Assembly (NCBI RefSeq): GCF_009914755.1
Contig: NC_060932.1
From: the human T2T-CHM13v2.0 reference genome, Homo sapiens
Reading direction: 5' to 3' (one strand)
Length of the DNA: 64,000 nucleotides
Both the position numbers and the translations under genes were made by a program. How positions within the stretch are numbered: the stretch's first letter is position 1; every line of letters begins with the position of its first letter. This document shows, piece by piece, positions 1-16,919 of this stretch. A model generated the notes under the pieces. The model ran no database searches and had not been told where the DNA came from. It worked only from the letters and a program-made list of their open reading frames with translations.

Positions 1-1422
1 TGGAGTAAAACTGTTTGCCCCATTTCACAGATGGGAAGCCTGAGGCACAGAAAGATTAAGTAATTTTCTCTAGGTCTGATGATAGGGGAAGGGGAGTGGG
101 GATAGATAACCAGACCTCCCATCCTTAGACCCTCTGATCTCATGCCAGTTCGTCCCACTGGTAGAGCTCACTGGTAGAGGGTGGAGGGCGAGGATGTGCA
201 CTCAGACAGTCCACAGTGTGGAGAAGGGTGGACAGTGGAAGGGGCCCTTGGTGAGTGGGAGCTGCTATTTTTGCTGCAGCTGCTGCTGCTGTTGTCGTTG
301 TTGGATCATCGAAGCCTGGGACAATGCCTGGCTCCTACTGGGCAGGCGCAGGTATTTTCCAATTGAATGAATGAACCATTGACCTATTAACCACAAATTA
401 TATCAACATCACTTGGGCCCTGAATAATGTATTTATTGAAAAATGAAATTGAAAATATTATCCTTTTAAGCTTCTGGTAATGGAGGAAATGGTTCATTCC
501 TAACAGTTTTAATAATATTACATATTTGTTGACTCAGGGAACTCTTTTTGACATTTATTCAGGATTTCCAGACTGCATGGGAAGAAAAGCAAAAACAGTG
601 TCATCAGCGTTACAGGTAGAAATAGAAAAATAGAGTTTTCCTTTCAAATTGAAGTGTTAGGCACTTGGAAATAGCCTTTTACTTTAGATGGAGAATTTAA
701 CACTCTGCCTGCGACCCACCTAACCAGGGATTTGTGGAAAACACGTGTTATGCCCTGAGCACTGGGTCAGGAGTGAGACTGTGGTGGGTGGTGAGCAAAG
801 GGCTTAGGACTGACCAAGGGTGTTGGAGGCCAGGCTGGCCGCATACAAATCAGGAATAGGAACTGACGCTTACTGTGTGCTTTTATGTGCCAGGCCTTCT
901 CCTGAGATATGTAACCACCTTCTCGGGTGGATACTGCCATTAGACCCATTTTGCAGATAAGCAAACCGAGGCACTGGGAGAAGAAGTAATTTGCTCAAGG
1001 CCACCCAGGTGGTAAGTGGAAGACCCCTAACTCTAGACACTGTCTCTTAACTGCTGTGCTTACTCCCTCTTTATTAGAGAATGGTAGAGGTGAGATCTCA
1101 GCTTTACCCCTTTTATTTTACAAATGAGGCTCAGAGAGAGATATTGCAACTTGTCCAAGGTCACCCAGCCTTGTTATTGGGAGAGTTCAAATGGCCTTAG
1201 TGCCTGCTTCTAACTCTGAACCATCCCGTCACCTTGGGCAGGTCACTTACCTTTTTTCAGTTTATCTCCTCATATATAAGATGGGGCTAATAATTACGCC
1301 TTTAAATACTTTTAAGAGATTAGTGATCATTTCAGTCTTGACTCCACTTAGATGTGAGCACCAGATTTATATATATGTATGCCTCAGGTCAACTTCAGGG
1401 TTTTAAACAACAGCAATACTAG

Positions 1423-1797
1423 TGTCTTAGCCCATTCTCATGCTGCTAATAAAGACATATCCAAGACTGGGTAATTTATAAAGGAAAGAGGTTTAATTGA
1501 CTCACAGTTTAGCATGGCTTGGGAGGCCTCAGGAAACGTACAATCATGGGTGGAAGGGGAAGCAAACACATCCTTCTTCACATGATGGCAGGAAGAAGTG
1601 CCAAGCAAAAGGGGGAAAAGCCCCTTATAAAACCATCAGATCTCATGAGAATTCACTCATTATCACTAGAATAGCAGCATGGGGGTAACCGCTCCCATGA
1701 TTCAGTTACCTCCCACCAGGTCCCTCCCGTGATGTGGGAATTATGGAAACTACAATTCAAGTTGAGATTTGGGTGGGGACACAGTCAAACCATATCA
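1423..1797 (-). mobile_element. THE1 (C/D-like) MaLR solo LTR
   Basis: tgtcttagcccattctcatgctgctaataaagac...gactgggtaatttataaaggaaagaggtttaattgactcacag...caaaccatatca; flanks actag/aatag form a near 5-bp TSD. Confidence 0.9.
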
Positions 1798-2213
1798 AAT
1801 AGTAAGTAATAATAGCATATAGAGCACTGGCTGTGGTCAGGAGCGTTCAAAGCACAATGGTTAACCCATGTAATTCATTATTTATAATCCATAATTCTCA
1901 CCACACTCCTTCCAGATTTACAGCTGAGGAATCCATTACAGAGAGGAGAGTGACCTGTCAGATTACCAAAAATAGTAAGTGAATGCCCTTACCAAGATTT
2001 GAACCTGACTAGTTTGAGTTGGAGCTCCAAAGCGCTAGCTAGACAATTAACAAATATTGTCAATGTTGTTTCATTTTGTGCTGCATGCAGTTTTTCTCCA
2101 GTAATAGCTATAGTCACAAAACAAAGGGAGACTCATTTTTTTATAAAAGCTGAAGCTGGAAGGGATTGGTCTTTTTTGCAACCTCCTAACAGAGATGGTG
2201 ATAAATGCCATCA

Positions 2214-2777
<564 letters not shown>

Positions 2778-3962
2778 TTAGTTATGCCCACTGTGAGTGC
2801 TTTTAGACAACAAGCAACCGAGAAACCAATGTGCCTGAGGGGACCCGAACCACACCCTTGCCCCACTTGTCACGCGTGGGGCCTGAAGTGTAAGAGCAGG
2901 ACCTCGACAGAGGCAGAAGTGAGTTCGAATCATGGCTTTGCCCCATGCCAGCTATGTGACGTTAGGCCACTCTGCTGCCATTTCTTCATCTGTAAAGGGA
3001 GATTATCATTGTATCTATATCATTCAAATTGTTTGAAGCTTACAAGAAATCCTGTAGTTAGAGAGGTCTCTATGAGTTTTCAGAAGGAGTTAGAAAAGGG
3101 TGACTCTGGGGATTGGGTAGGGGGGGTGGAGGGCTACTTTTCATTAGAAGATGATGGTTTTCATTATAAGCCCCTATAGTGCTTGATTTCTTGACCATGG
3201 GCATGTATCTGTCTGCTAAAAATATATATATATTTTTAAAGCCTCTTAAGAAATCATGTAAATCCAGCATTGTGCACAATGTTTGGCAAAGAGTAAGAGC
3301 TTAATAAATGGCATAAATGAAGACCTAAGTGCCAGCCCTAGAGGCCGTCCAGTGTGCAGGCTTAAGAACTGGCACAGCCACTTATGAGCTGCAGTGACAC
3401 ATAAATGCCCTTCATCTCTATAAACGTCAGTTTCCTTTTCTGTAAAATGGGGGGTAGTAACACCTGCTTCCTTGGCTTGTTTTGAGTATTAAATGCAACA
3501 ATGTAGGGAGAATGCTTGGCCCAGTACCTGAGATCTTGTACACATTCAGCAAGTGGTCACTATCATTTCACTGTGGTCAGAGATAACGTGAAGCTGGGAA
3601 CAATAGTGAACATGTTGGATGATAGATACAGCTTCCTGAAAGATCTCAGCAGACAAGAAGAATGGAGCAAATGCAGCAATTCAGAGAACAGCATCAAGTC
3701 CCACATGAGCAGGAAACGCGGCCCTGAGGTGTCACGTCCTGCGTGGGTGAGTCTCTGTGGACGGCAGGTCCTGGAAGGGCCAGCAGTGAGGGGCAGGATG
3801 TGTATACATTTTTTATTAACAGCATCGGTAGCAGAATGGTGTCCAGCCAGTAGCAGCTCCTCTCCCCTGGTGTCACAAACCTCACTGCAGAGTCGTGCCC
3901 ATCAAAATGGGCACTCCAAGGAGTGTTGTATGTGAAATGGAATATCCACAGACTAGCATGTC

Positions 3963-4066
3963 TTTTTTTTTTTTATTATTATACTTTAAGTTTTAGGGTA
4001 CGTGTGCACATTGTGCAGGTTAGTTACATATGTATACATGTGCCATGCTGGTGCGCTGCACCCACT
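3963..4066 (-). mobile_element. Young L1 (L1PA2/L1HS-like) 3'-end stub, ~100 bp
   Basis: Poly(T) followed by attatactttaagttttagggtacgtgtgcacattgtgcaggttagttacatatgtatacatgtgccatgctggtgcgctgcacccact; perfect 13-bp TSD agactagcatgtc at 3950-3962 and 4067-4079. Confidence 0.92.
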
Positions 4067-4134
4067 AGACTAGCATGTCAAAAGGGAGTGGCTGGGATTA
4101 TAGACAACCTGGACCCAGGGTACCGAAAGTTTTA

Positions 4135-4588
<454 letters not shown>

Positions 4589-5034
4589 TTACTGATAGAA
4601 CCAGACTAGAGAATATGATGCAGGTTCACTGGCTTTATGGTCTTTCTAATGCTCCCTGCCCTGCATCCACGCCATGGAAGAACCAGACAAGGGGAACTGG
4701 GAGCCTGGAAACCAGACACACTTACCCAGGGCCAAGGCCACTGCCGCCCTCTGATAGGGGCAGACAGAACAGAAAGAGAAATCCCATCTGTGATGTTTGC
4801 AGGAGAGTAACTGAGTTGAGAAATGGTCCGTGAGTGGCTGTCACCTGCCAATCAGGCCTTTAGTCCACTTTCAGGGGGGAAGAGAAGGAAGGTGGGATGG
4901 TAATAGGTCCAGAGCGTTTACGTAAAGACCCTTTCTCGTGGAAAGAAAATGTGTGAGAGGTAAGAATCCCCCTTTCACATTTAAGAAAGTTGCCAAGAAT
5001 TTAATAAGCACTCACTTTGTGTATCAGTGCTCTT

Positions 5035-5490
5035 CATGCATTCATTCAATAAATCACCAACTATCTATTGATCACCTGTTTTGTACCCGGTTCTCTTCTC
5101 AGGCTCTTGGGTTCAAAACAGAAAGAGATTCCTTCTCTCATGGAACTTACATTTTTGGACTGAGGAGAGACAGACAGTAAGCAATAATCATGATAAGTAA
5201 GGAAATCATAGACTATGCTAGAAAGCGGTCATTGTTATAGAAAAACAATAGTAACCTTAGACTCGAGGGAAGTGGAGGAGTGAGCCATGGGGCTTTCTGG
5301 GGAAAGGGCATTCCAGGCAGAGCGACAGCTGGTGCAAAGACCCTAAGGCAGGAGCGTGCCTGAGGGGTGTGAGAAAAGCGAGGAGTCCGATGTGTGCAGC
5401 AGAAAAGGCCATGCATTCTGGAGATGTGGGAGCCAGATGGAAAAGAGCCTTATGGGCCACGGTCAAGACCTCATGCCTTTCAGAGTGATG
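5035..5490 (-). mobile_element. L2 fragment
   Basis: cattcattcaataaa 3' end motif; gggaaagggcattccaggcagag...gcaaagaccctaaggcaggag typical of L2. Confidence 0.65.
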
Positions 5491-6067
5491 TGTTATGTGG
5501 TTCACACCCCGTAGCAACTCTGTGATAGTTGTTGTTCTTATTATCCCTTTCTTTACGTGAATGCACTGAGATACATTGCCAAAAGCCCCCTTTATTTTAC
5601 AGCTGAGAAAATTCATACCCAGAGTAGGGAAGCAACTTGCCCAAGGCCACAGAGTGGGAAAAATGGCACGGAGCTAGGGTTCGGGTTCCCTGATTCTTGG
5701 TCCAGAACCCTTTCTCTCATGTCTCTGCTCCAGAAATGAACTTCTTTTGAAGGAGGTGACTCTGGGCCTCTCTTGAAGATTCAGATTAGATCCTGGAGCT
5801 CTTAACACTGTGCTTTGCTGCCCAGATCTTCTATGTTAACTACAGTATTTCCTTCCTAGGAAGAGGTTTAACATGGAAAACCTGAGAAAGGCTAACACAT
5901 TAAACATGTATGTTAGTAAATCCTGGAGGAGGGAAGGAAGGCCATTGACTGGTGACATGGCGGTGGCATCAGTCATAGTAAATACTGATACCAACTGATT
6001 GCTTCCCATGTGCCTGGCCCTGTTGTAAGCTGGTGAAGTGTGATAGTTTAAGTATTCTTTACCACTA

Positions 6068-6391
<324 letters not shown>

Positions 6392-6776
6392 AAAGAAGTA
6401 GGTACTGTTGCTACCCTCATTTTACAGTTGAGGAAACTGAAGCAAGAAAGATGATCTAACATGCCCAAGGTTACTCTGAAAGTCATAGCCAAGAGCATGT
6501 GTCCATTTCCCATGGGTGTCTGGGGAATGCATCAGAGCCGCCTTTCAGTTTCCTATGTTGTGACCTGAAAGACGCACCTCCCTTATAGCTTCCCATCAGA
6601 CACAAAGACTTTCAGAGCTTGACTGGCATGATGACTTTCAGACATCTCCCATGAAAGAAGTCGCCAAGTAGATGCCATGTCTTATCCCCTCTCTGACACA
6701 GAGCATGAGTGTTTCCACTTGCTGTTATTTGAGTAGAGAAAGAAGTCATCCCATGGATTGAAAACAGGACTCAGTA

Positions 6777-7010
6777 CAGGTTGAATATCTCTTATCCAAC
6801 ATGGTTGGGACCAGAAGTGTTTCAGATTTTGATTTTTTTTTAATTTTGGGATATTTGCTGAATACATCCCTGTTGAGCATTTCTAATGCAAAGATCCAAA
6901 AAATGGAATGCTCCACTCAGGATTTCCTTTGAGCATCATGTCAGGGCTCAAAAGTTTTGGATTTTAAAGCATTTTGAATGTCAGATTTTTTATTAGGGAT
7001 GCTTAACCTG
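6777..7010. mobile_element. Tigger4/Zombi-type non-autonomous DNA transposon
   Basis: Termini caggttgaatatc...gatgcttaacctg, TA on both sides, ~234 bp. Confidence 0.85.
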
Positions 7011-8548
7011 TATATGCTAATCTGCTAATTATGATGATGACTGGCATTTATGTAGTGCTTATTCTCTCCAACAGACTATCACATACGGTCATTACATCAT
7101 TCAGTCCTCCAAGGATTCTGGGTGGTAGACATTCTTGTCCCCATTTTATAGATGAGAAAGCTGAGATGAATTGGTGAAGCCTAAATGATTTGCTTAGTCA
7201 TACTACTGATAAATTTCACAGAGAGAGAAGACTGGAACCCCAATCCAGACCCAAAGTTCGCACTACTAATCTACACTGGCTGAACAGCTGCACTCTGAAT
7301 ATAGCCTTTGCAACTCCCAGAGGCAACAGATCATGAAAGCCCACATGCATAAAGAGCCAAGGCAGCTTCCTGGGGTATCTACTTAGACTCAAAAAATATT
7401 AAGTAAGCCAGTTGCTAGGATTGGCTCTCTACTAAAAAGATTGTTTTTATTCTCCGGGAACTGGCTGGCTGCATCTGTTTCACTGTTGGATTGCTGAAGG
7501 GTTGACACCCACTGGCCACATTTAGGAGTTCATGTTGATATTACTGTTGTGAAAAAGCACATATTGGTCCTCACCATCTATATGACTGTGATTATTTTTC
7601 TCTCTTCCATTTCACGCAACTTTTGCTCACAGCCTACTTGGCATAATTGACACATTGGCTCAGGCCACCAAGACTGCCAACTTGGAGCCTTGGATTAGTT
7701 AGATCAGTTATGACAGATGTGATTATTTACAAGAAAATAGAAGTCACTATAATTAAACCTTCCAAGGAGTACATTTGGGTGGAGAATGAGAAAGCACAAG
7801 TTTAATCTGGCATGATGTGTTTGGATTTCAGCCCTGAGCAGGTTCTTCTCTAGCTCATGAAAGGAGGTATTGGGGTGTCTGGCACCCTCTGTAGACACTG
7901 CCATCTCTCAATTCTCCTGACACAGCTATTGATAAATGGAAAGACCAGGTGGTAGAGTTAGCATTAGTTGGGGTACCCAGTAGAAGTGGGTTTAGTTCTC
8001 AGCTCAGCCACTGGTCCCTGGCATCGGTTTGTTTTTTTAATCATAAATGGGGATAAAAACAATCCCTACCTCATCCTAGGTCTGGGAAAATTAGCAGTGA
8101 TAAAGTAAGACAGGTGTGGAGCATTGTGCCCAACATAGGCACTGAGTGTTAGATGTTCCTGCCTTTCTTGAGCCCACAACTTAATCTCCTTGAGTCTCGT
8201 TTTTCCATCAGAAAATATAGATGATGAGCATCTTAACAGTGGATGTGAGGGTTGGAGGAAATGAGGTATATGAAAGGGGTTCATAATCATTTGTTGCTGT
8301 TTCAGACCTGTCTTTCTGTTATTATTTTTATACAAATCTTAATAGTTCCCATTTATTGTACGTACCACGGGCCAGGCACTGCAGTGGGCAGGGTCGGCTT
8401 CTCCGTTAGGTACAATAGGCACAGTGCCTAGAGTCTGTGATACTTTGATGGGCCCAGAAAATGCTCATTTTTATTGCTCTTAAAATCAGAAGGAAAAAAG
8501 TGAATATAAGAATAATGAATATAAAATCAAATATAAAAATAATAAATA

Positions 8549-9729
<1,181 letters not shown>

Positions 9730-9985
9730 TAATGAATCTGTCTTATGTCCATCTTTATACTGATACAGTTGTAAAGCCTCATTTTTATTTAGTTATTCTT
9801 TTTTTTTTTAATAGAGGAAGGCACCTACAAAACGAAAGTGCCTAGGGCTTACAAAAGTCATATGCAGCCTTTACAAATATTAGCTCAGTCATTTTCAGAA
9901 AGGTTTTTCCAATTATCATTTTAGAGATGAGGAAACTGAAGCTCAGGGAGGCTAGGAAACTTATCCAAAGCCTCTTAAGAGGCTA

Positions 9986-10370
9986 TGTTAGTCAGACTGG
10001 GCTAACAGCTGTAACAACCCCAGAATTTAAATGGCTTAACACATTAGGAGTTTATTTGTTATTGCCATAACAATTCAGGGTGTATGTTTGGCAGGTAGTC
10101 TACACAGTGATTCAGGGACCCAGGCTCCTTCCCTCTGGTGGCTTTTTCTCCCTCTAGTGCTGGGAGCTCTCCATGCAGATGGTGGATGGAGAAAGAGAAC
10201 AAAAAGTGGGGGATTTTTATAGGCCAGGCCTGGAATTGGCCCACATCACTTCCACACACATTCCACTGGCCAGAATGCAGTCACGTGATCGTAGCTAACT
10301 GCAAGGAAGGTTGGAAAATGTAATGTAACTGCATGCCTGGGCTAAAGAGAGGAACACGGATCCTGGGGAG
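9986..10370 (-). mobile_element. Old MLT1 (J/K/L-like) LTR
   Basis: gctgtaacaacc...aatggcttaacaca...tttattt; cattccactggccagaa...gtcacgtg...ctaactgcaaggaaggttggaaaatgt. Confidence 0.65.
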
Positions 10371-13300
10371 TACTCACAGTGTTAGATTCCAGTCCAGGTC
10401 TTCTGCACACAATGCCCGCGTGCTTTCCACACCCTCCTTAGCGATTCTTATCACTCTTAGCTCCCACAAGTCCCCTTTACAGGCCCTTTTATCCTGCCCC
10501 ACCTGCCCACTCACTGTGCCCAGCACCAGACCTTTGCCCACTCAGGATCAGTTGCCGTATGAGGCACTAGGAAGAGGAATGCATTGGGGAGCTTACCAGG
10601 CCAACTTGAAGAGGCTGCAACCAGATGTTATGCTCTCTGTATTGCCCAACCCCAGGCCCACAAGGCACTGCTGGGCACACTACCTCCTCAGCATGGGAAA
10701 AGGGGGCTGCAAAGAGGGTTTCAGAGGGCCAGGAAGAAAAAGGTTTGAACTGAAGTCTTGGCTGCACTATGAACCTTGGGCAAGGCATCAGCAGTAAGGG
10801 GACAGTGCCAGATGATCCTGCACACTAAAATACCACAGTTCTGTGATTACTGCCTCTTGCCAGAAGTGAACTGTGTGGCCCTGCCCCTGACCCATCATTG
10901 TGCTGCCTTTGGACACCCATTATCCTACAAGACAAAGCTACAGGAGCCAGCTGGAGGCTAGATGGCCTGTGGACACTTTCCTGTAACTGCTGGGCAGGCC
11001 TGGTGACCCTGGCAATGGCCTGGTGATGCTGGTGTTGGTGGGCACCCCACTCCTCTAGGATCAGGCCAAAGCTGTCTATTATGAGATCCTTGAGTGGAAT
11101 CAGCATGTCTCCCTCCTCCAGGAGGCCTTCCCAGATTGCTCGGCCCTCAGTGTTCCCACCTCTTCAAAGCTCAGGGCACTTGTTATCATTCAACCTAAAG
11201 GTCCTGGCTTGCCTCATAAGATTTCTCATCATCACCCCCTTTTTATTTGCTCTTGGCTTCGGAGGCAAGGAATCCAGGACTATGTTTAGAGCCAAGTGAG
11301 TCAGGGACTCTCCTGAGCACTCTGTAAGCGTCAAATGCTGCAGGGCATTGGGTCAATTCTAACATTTCATCCAGATTTACAGTCGGACTGGGTTTTTGTA
11401 AAGAGAGAGTTGGCGCCCAGGCAACATCCTTCTCTTTATTTGGGGTTGAGAAAAGCACACTAAGGAAAATTAAAAAAAAAAAAACAACCATTTTGCCTAT
11501 AGTCATCTGAAATCTTCACATTCATACCCCTCGTGTCTGCAAGGCGAATATGACCATGTTTCATCCCCATGTCTGTGTTGGACACAGCGTAGTCTCAATC
11601 AGACCCGGTCACCTCCCTTTGCTGCCATTTGAGAGCTGATCGATGCTGGACCCGCTCCCTCCTCCCTCTCTGCCTAGTTTCTCGCCCCTCAGATTAGGCT
11701 CTGTCTGTGGCTAGCTTGAGGGGTGGCCATGAGGCCTAAATGAGGGCGTATCTATATGGAGACAGCACTTGGCCTGGGGCTCTCCCACATTCCCTGTTAG
11801 TCTCTCACACAGGCACAAAACCTTGCTTTAAAAATGTGTCTTACGATGAAACTTGGCATCCAGGACGCGCCCCGTGAGGAATTTGTTTTTGTTTTAATGC
11901 CGAGGACGTTTGCATGAAAACAGGATCTTCGTTGCTTAGGAATTGATCAACTCCTGCTGCTGCTTTTCCCTGCTGAAGTGCCAGTCCCATATTTGTCACA
12001 GGCAAACCAGTAACTGTAGGGATGGTTGGGACCTCCACAGATAGAGGATGGTGGCTGCTCAGGGGTATGCAGAGGCCATGGAGCCAAAGGAGAGAATCAG
12101 GAACCCATCTCAGGCAGCAGCAAGCTCGCAGATAGACCGCGTCCTTAGCCATAGGACCACAGCAAGAGTGAAGATTTTTTGTGGGTCTAGTTTGTTCTAG
12201 ATGCTCAGGGGAGAAGAGAACGAAGAGAGAAGGCATTAAGACTCAGCCTCCATCTGCAAGGAGCCGAAGGCCTTCTTGAAGGCCAGATGGGAGGCCAGTG
12301 CATGAGAAGACAGTGGTTAGACCCAAAGTAACAATGAAGACCCCAGGCAACTGAGAAGAGCCAGTGCCTGCAGTGGGAAGGCTGGGAGTGAGACCGGGAT
12401 CTGCCACCTACCCACGAGGTCACCTTGAGCAGGCTGCCTGACCACTCTGCACCTCTGTTTCCTCACCTACAGAATGGCACTCTCCCACCAGAGCCTTATG
12501 AGATGCTCCATGCTAAATGCATGGCATAGAGTAAGCATGCCAGCAGTCCAGACCGTTATTCCCAGCATGCGTGCTCACAGTAGATGCTCTCCATCCTCAG
12601 GAGGAGATACAAAGATGGCCATAGAAGGCTTTTTAGAAGAAGGACTTGAACTTGGTTTGAAAGGAGGAGAAAAAGATTACCTGGGAACAAGAGTGTTCCT
12701 GATGTTCAAGTGGCCAGACTGGGACACATCTGCTTCCACTGCAGTCAGTTCCTAAGGAGGTTTTCCAGGCACTATCCAAGAAACCAAAGTAGAATTGCCC
12801 GCATGAAATTGGAGGGGGTGTCCTGCTCCATGGGGACCCCAGCTCATTTTTGGCCTCAGCCTGGCCCCACAGGCATCGGCATAGAAAGGACAAAGTTGAC
12901 GAGAGCCCAGACTGGGCACTCCACTGGGTCAGGCCCTTCCTTTGCCTCCAGGCTTGGCTTCCAGAAGGCAGTGAAGTGGTTACATCCAAATACCCACAAG
13001 AGGCCGGACACCTTTCTCTCCCGTATCCTTAATATATGCTAATCAAAGCTGAGAGCCTGCAGAAAATATCTGCTTGGCCAAAGCCCCACACCCTCGCCTT
13101 GGCTGGGCTGCCCACCCTCCCCAGGCCTCCCCTCCCATCTGCCTAGCTAAAGGCGTCCATAAATCCAGCTTTCAGAGCTCTCAGGGGTTGGCGAGACTGC
13201 CATGGACCTCAGTCACATCACGATGGAAACAATTGAAAACCACTTGGCAAAAAGAAGGGGTGATCTAATGTTTGATAGCAAGAATACATTTTTTTTTCCT

Positions 13301-13537
13301 TGCCATTCTTACTCAAACCCAGGGGGAAAAGCCGGCTGCTCTCCAGTCCCTGTCAGATCAGTACCCCCAGGGTCCCTGACTCTTGTCCTCTGTCCCAGAG
13401 GAAGTCCAGGCTGTGGGGCTGGCTGTGGCCTCCTCGCAGGCCAGGGAGGAGCAGAGCTGGCCCTGCCTTTCTGACTGGCCAGGCTGCCTTGGGCCCCTCA
13501 GAGGCGAGGAGATGGCCACAGGGGCCTGTGGAGAAGC

Positions 13538-13740
13538 CCATATATAGAGCCTGGGGAATGTGGGCCTCTGGCAGGCGGCCTGGAAAAAATGGCCGTGTTC
13601 TGAGGGTGAACGCCGCCGAATTATAAATAGCACCCGCCTCCCTCCCCTTCAAGCTTGCTGTGTCTGTCACTGGAGAGTTGACAGTTAAAATTCAAGAGGA
13701 CTGAACAGGACAAGGGAGCGGGAGCGGGGGATGGGGGAGA
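13538..13740 (+). promoter_or_regulatory. Candidate intronic enhancer/alternative promoter (CArG-like box, MEF2/TATA site, G4 motif)
   Basis: ccatatatag 13538-13547; ttataaatag 13621-13630; G-tracts 13714-13737; non-repetitive, locally CpG-containing. Confidence 0.4.
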
Positions 13741-14829
13741 TGCCGGATTGTGCAGGAAGCTCAGCTGCTGTCTTGGGATTGATACGGAGAATAGTCACCA
13801 GACGACGGGGCTGAGAGAGGGATGCATTTGGGGTGGCAGAATGACTCCTGATTTTATGCATTTTTATAAGCTGAATAAGAATGGAAGGAAAACTAAAGGA
13901 AGCTTCAACTCCACGAGATGGTTTTATGGGTGCTTTAGAGCCTTTAAAAATAATAAGAATAAAAATCAGCTGTCTCCGAATATTAAAGGTGTCTCTCTGG
14001 TTCCGAAAGGTCAGCCACCCTGGCTTCCAAATCAAAGCCAACGGCCAGGTGCCCACACAGGCCCGTGCCTTGAGCCTCCTGCCAAAAGGTTTCTTAGTGT
14101 GTTTTTATGTCTCCCTGACATGGAAGCAGCAGGGATGTTTCCCCAGCCCCTAAAACCTCTGCACATTGTGCTCACCCAGCAGAGGGTGATGATTCAGGAG
14201 GAGTCAGAAATAAAGAAAGGAAGGAGTGTGCAGCCCTCGCCATGGAAAGCCACACAGCCGTTCACATCTGGGTAGCAGTGAGGGGTGGGCAATGTTCTCG
14301 CGAATTCTAGATTCTGGAGGAGGGGTGCGCTGGTTCTGCAGGGACCAGGAGTCCCTCTTTGTGTCCTTGGATCTGCTGGCAACTCCTGGGAACCAGCTGC
14401 CAGGCTTCCTGACTTGCTGCCCAGCCCTGCATGGACGGGAACTAGAGTTCTGCTGGGCGCTGGGATGGGATACAATGGAGGTGCCTAGGGGCTTGTTGGG
14501 GGCTGGGCCAGCTCCGTGGGCATCTGTGCCTCCTCTGTGAGCAGGCTAAGCTATAGTAAGGGCTTATCTCCTTTGTTTTAACAGTTGGGGCTTTGGCTTC
14601 CATAGCAATGATTTGCAAATAGGGTAATTTATTGGCTTCTCTCCTCCTGCCTTGATAAATCTCATATCTTACATCCTTTGGAGCCTCATTTGAAATCAAA
14701 CACTTAAAAAAAAAAAAAAAGGAGCACTCATGCCTTTGTTATCTTTTGGACACTTCTCAAAAGAAGATTCCTGGACCCCATAGGATGCAGGCAACACAGA
14801 GATGTGAGGTGAGAGCGGGTAGACATTAG

Positions 14830-15210
<381 letters not shown>

Positions 15211-16919
15211 TAGGAGCCCTATTGAGAGAGGATGCCTCGGAGGCCCAACAGTAAGGGGACTTCCAGACCCTGGCTCCTATGTCAAGCAAAGCAGCTCTAC
15301 TCTTACTGCTATTAGGTATTAGATTGCATTTTGAAAAAATGAATTTCATGCCTTAAAATGCTTGGAAACCAGTATCATAACTTACCCCACGATTTTAGTG
15401 CTAAGTGAACGAAGGCCCAGCGAGTGAAGGGGATTTTCTGAAGGTCAAGACCTCCACTTGGGTTGCTGCTGTGATGGCGGCTCTTGTTTTGGGAAGGGAA
15501 ATCCCAGAGGTTGGAACCAAAAGGGACCTGAGAGAGCATTTTATCAACCCCCTTCCTTCAAAACTGAGGCCCAGGGAACAGTGGGATTTGCTCAAGGACC
15601 AGCGAGTAGCAGACCTCAGACTTGAAGCCATCTCATAGGAGGCATGCTCGTAAAAGGAGGCCTGATGTGCTATAAAAACTGCAAATGGCAGGATTTACCC
15701 TGATGGAGACAGCTTCCCGGAGGAAGTGGTAACTGAGCTGAAAAGATGACTGGTGAAAAGAAGGTGACGAGAGCCTCCCAAGCAGAGGGACTGCTCCTGG
15801 GTTTGGTCCAGTGCTCATCTCCCCACTCCTGGGAAGCAGAGGTCCAGAAAAGATGACAGCTCTCTGGGTAGACTCTTCCCATCTGTCTCTGCATTGACTT
15901 CTTGCCGGGTGAATGTGGGAAGCCAACGACATCACCACCTGCCAGGTAAGGCCTGTGCCTGGGCTATCGGAGTGGTCCTCCGGTGGGCGCGGAGCCCGGC
16001 GGATGGTGAGTGGAGACTGCTCCCGAGAGAGGCGTTTCTGCTGGAGCTGGGCAGGTGGTGGCTCAGTGTGGCAGGCTGGAAGGCTTGCTGCAATAGGACT
16101 TGAATACATAATGTACCTCATCCGATTTCAGCTGTGAGAAAGTCCAGACAGCCTCCTCTAGACAGGAAAGGACGTTGCAGGGACAGGTGGTATGTTTTCT
16201 GTAAAATTCCCTATGAGCTCCTTGGGGAGAATGTTAGTAACCCTCTCAGGATGTGTCCTTCCCATGAATACAGCGTGTGTCCTGGTCTGGGTCCCAGATC
16301 CTGTGTCTGGTCTTTGGGTGCCAAATTTATTTATTCCTTTATCAAGACAGAAGGAAATCTTGGGCAAAGGTCCCTGGAATTGGGGACCTTGATCATTGTC
16401 TCTTGGCCACACTTTAAAATGAATAACATGTTCTTTACAACAAGTAACATCCTAGAAGAAGGATTCCTGTTCTTATACTCAGCTCTCTCTGACATGTGAA
16501 AAACTAGCATCTGCTCAGGCCTGCAAAGGCCATCTCGTCTAACCATGGGTTAAATGTACTCTCCATCTTCATGAACCCTGCAGAATCAGCGTGAATCCAG
16601 GGCAGCTGGGGAGAGTATGTGCAGTGCTTTTCCAACCCTGAAGTCGAAGCAGAGACCTCCCAGTTGGGGGTGGGTGATAAGACTCCTACATGAAAGGTCT
16701 TACTTTGCATTTATGAGATTCAGAGTCCCCATTCTAACATGAGCACCCAGGTCTTGGGACTCTGAAGATCCCACTTTCTACTCCGACTGTCTCCATGCCC
16801 ACTTTCTCAAAGCAGGTTCTCAGAAGCAGTCCTGCAAGATGCTCTGTGACAAAGAGGTTCCCTTGTCATTTCAGTTTGGGAAATGCATACTGATCTAATG
16901 CATATTAGATCTCTGCTCA

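Noticed and set aside
259-303. CTG/TTG-rich run as an expandable triplet repeat or signal peptide
   Set aside because: Short and interrupted; lies next to a MIR/L2-like remnant
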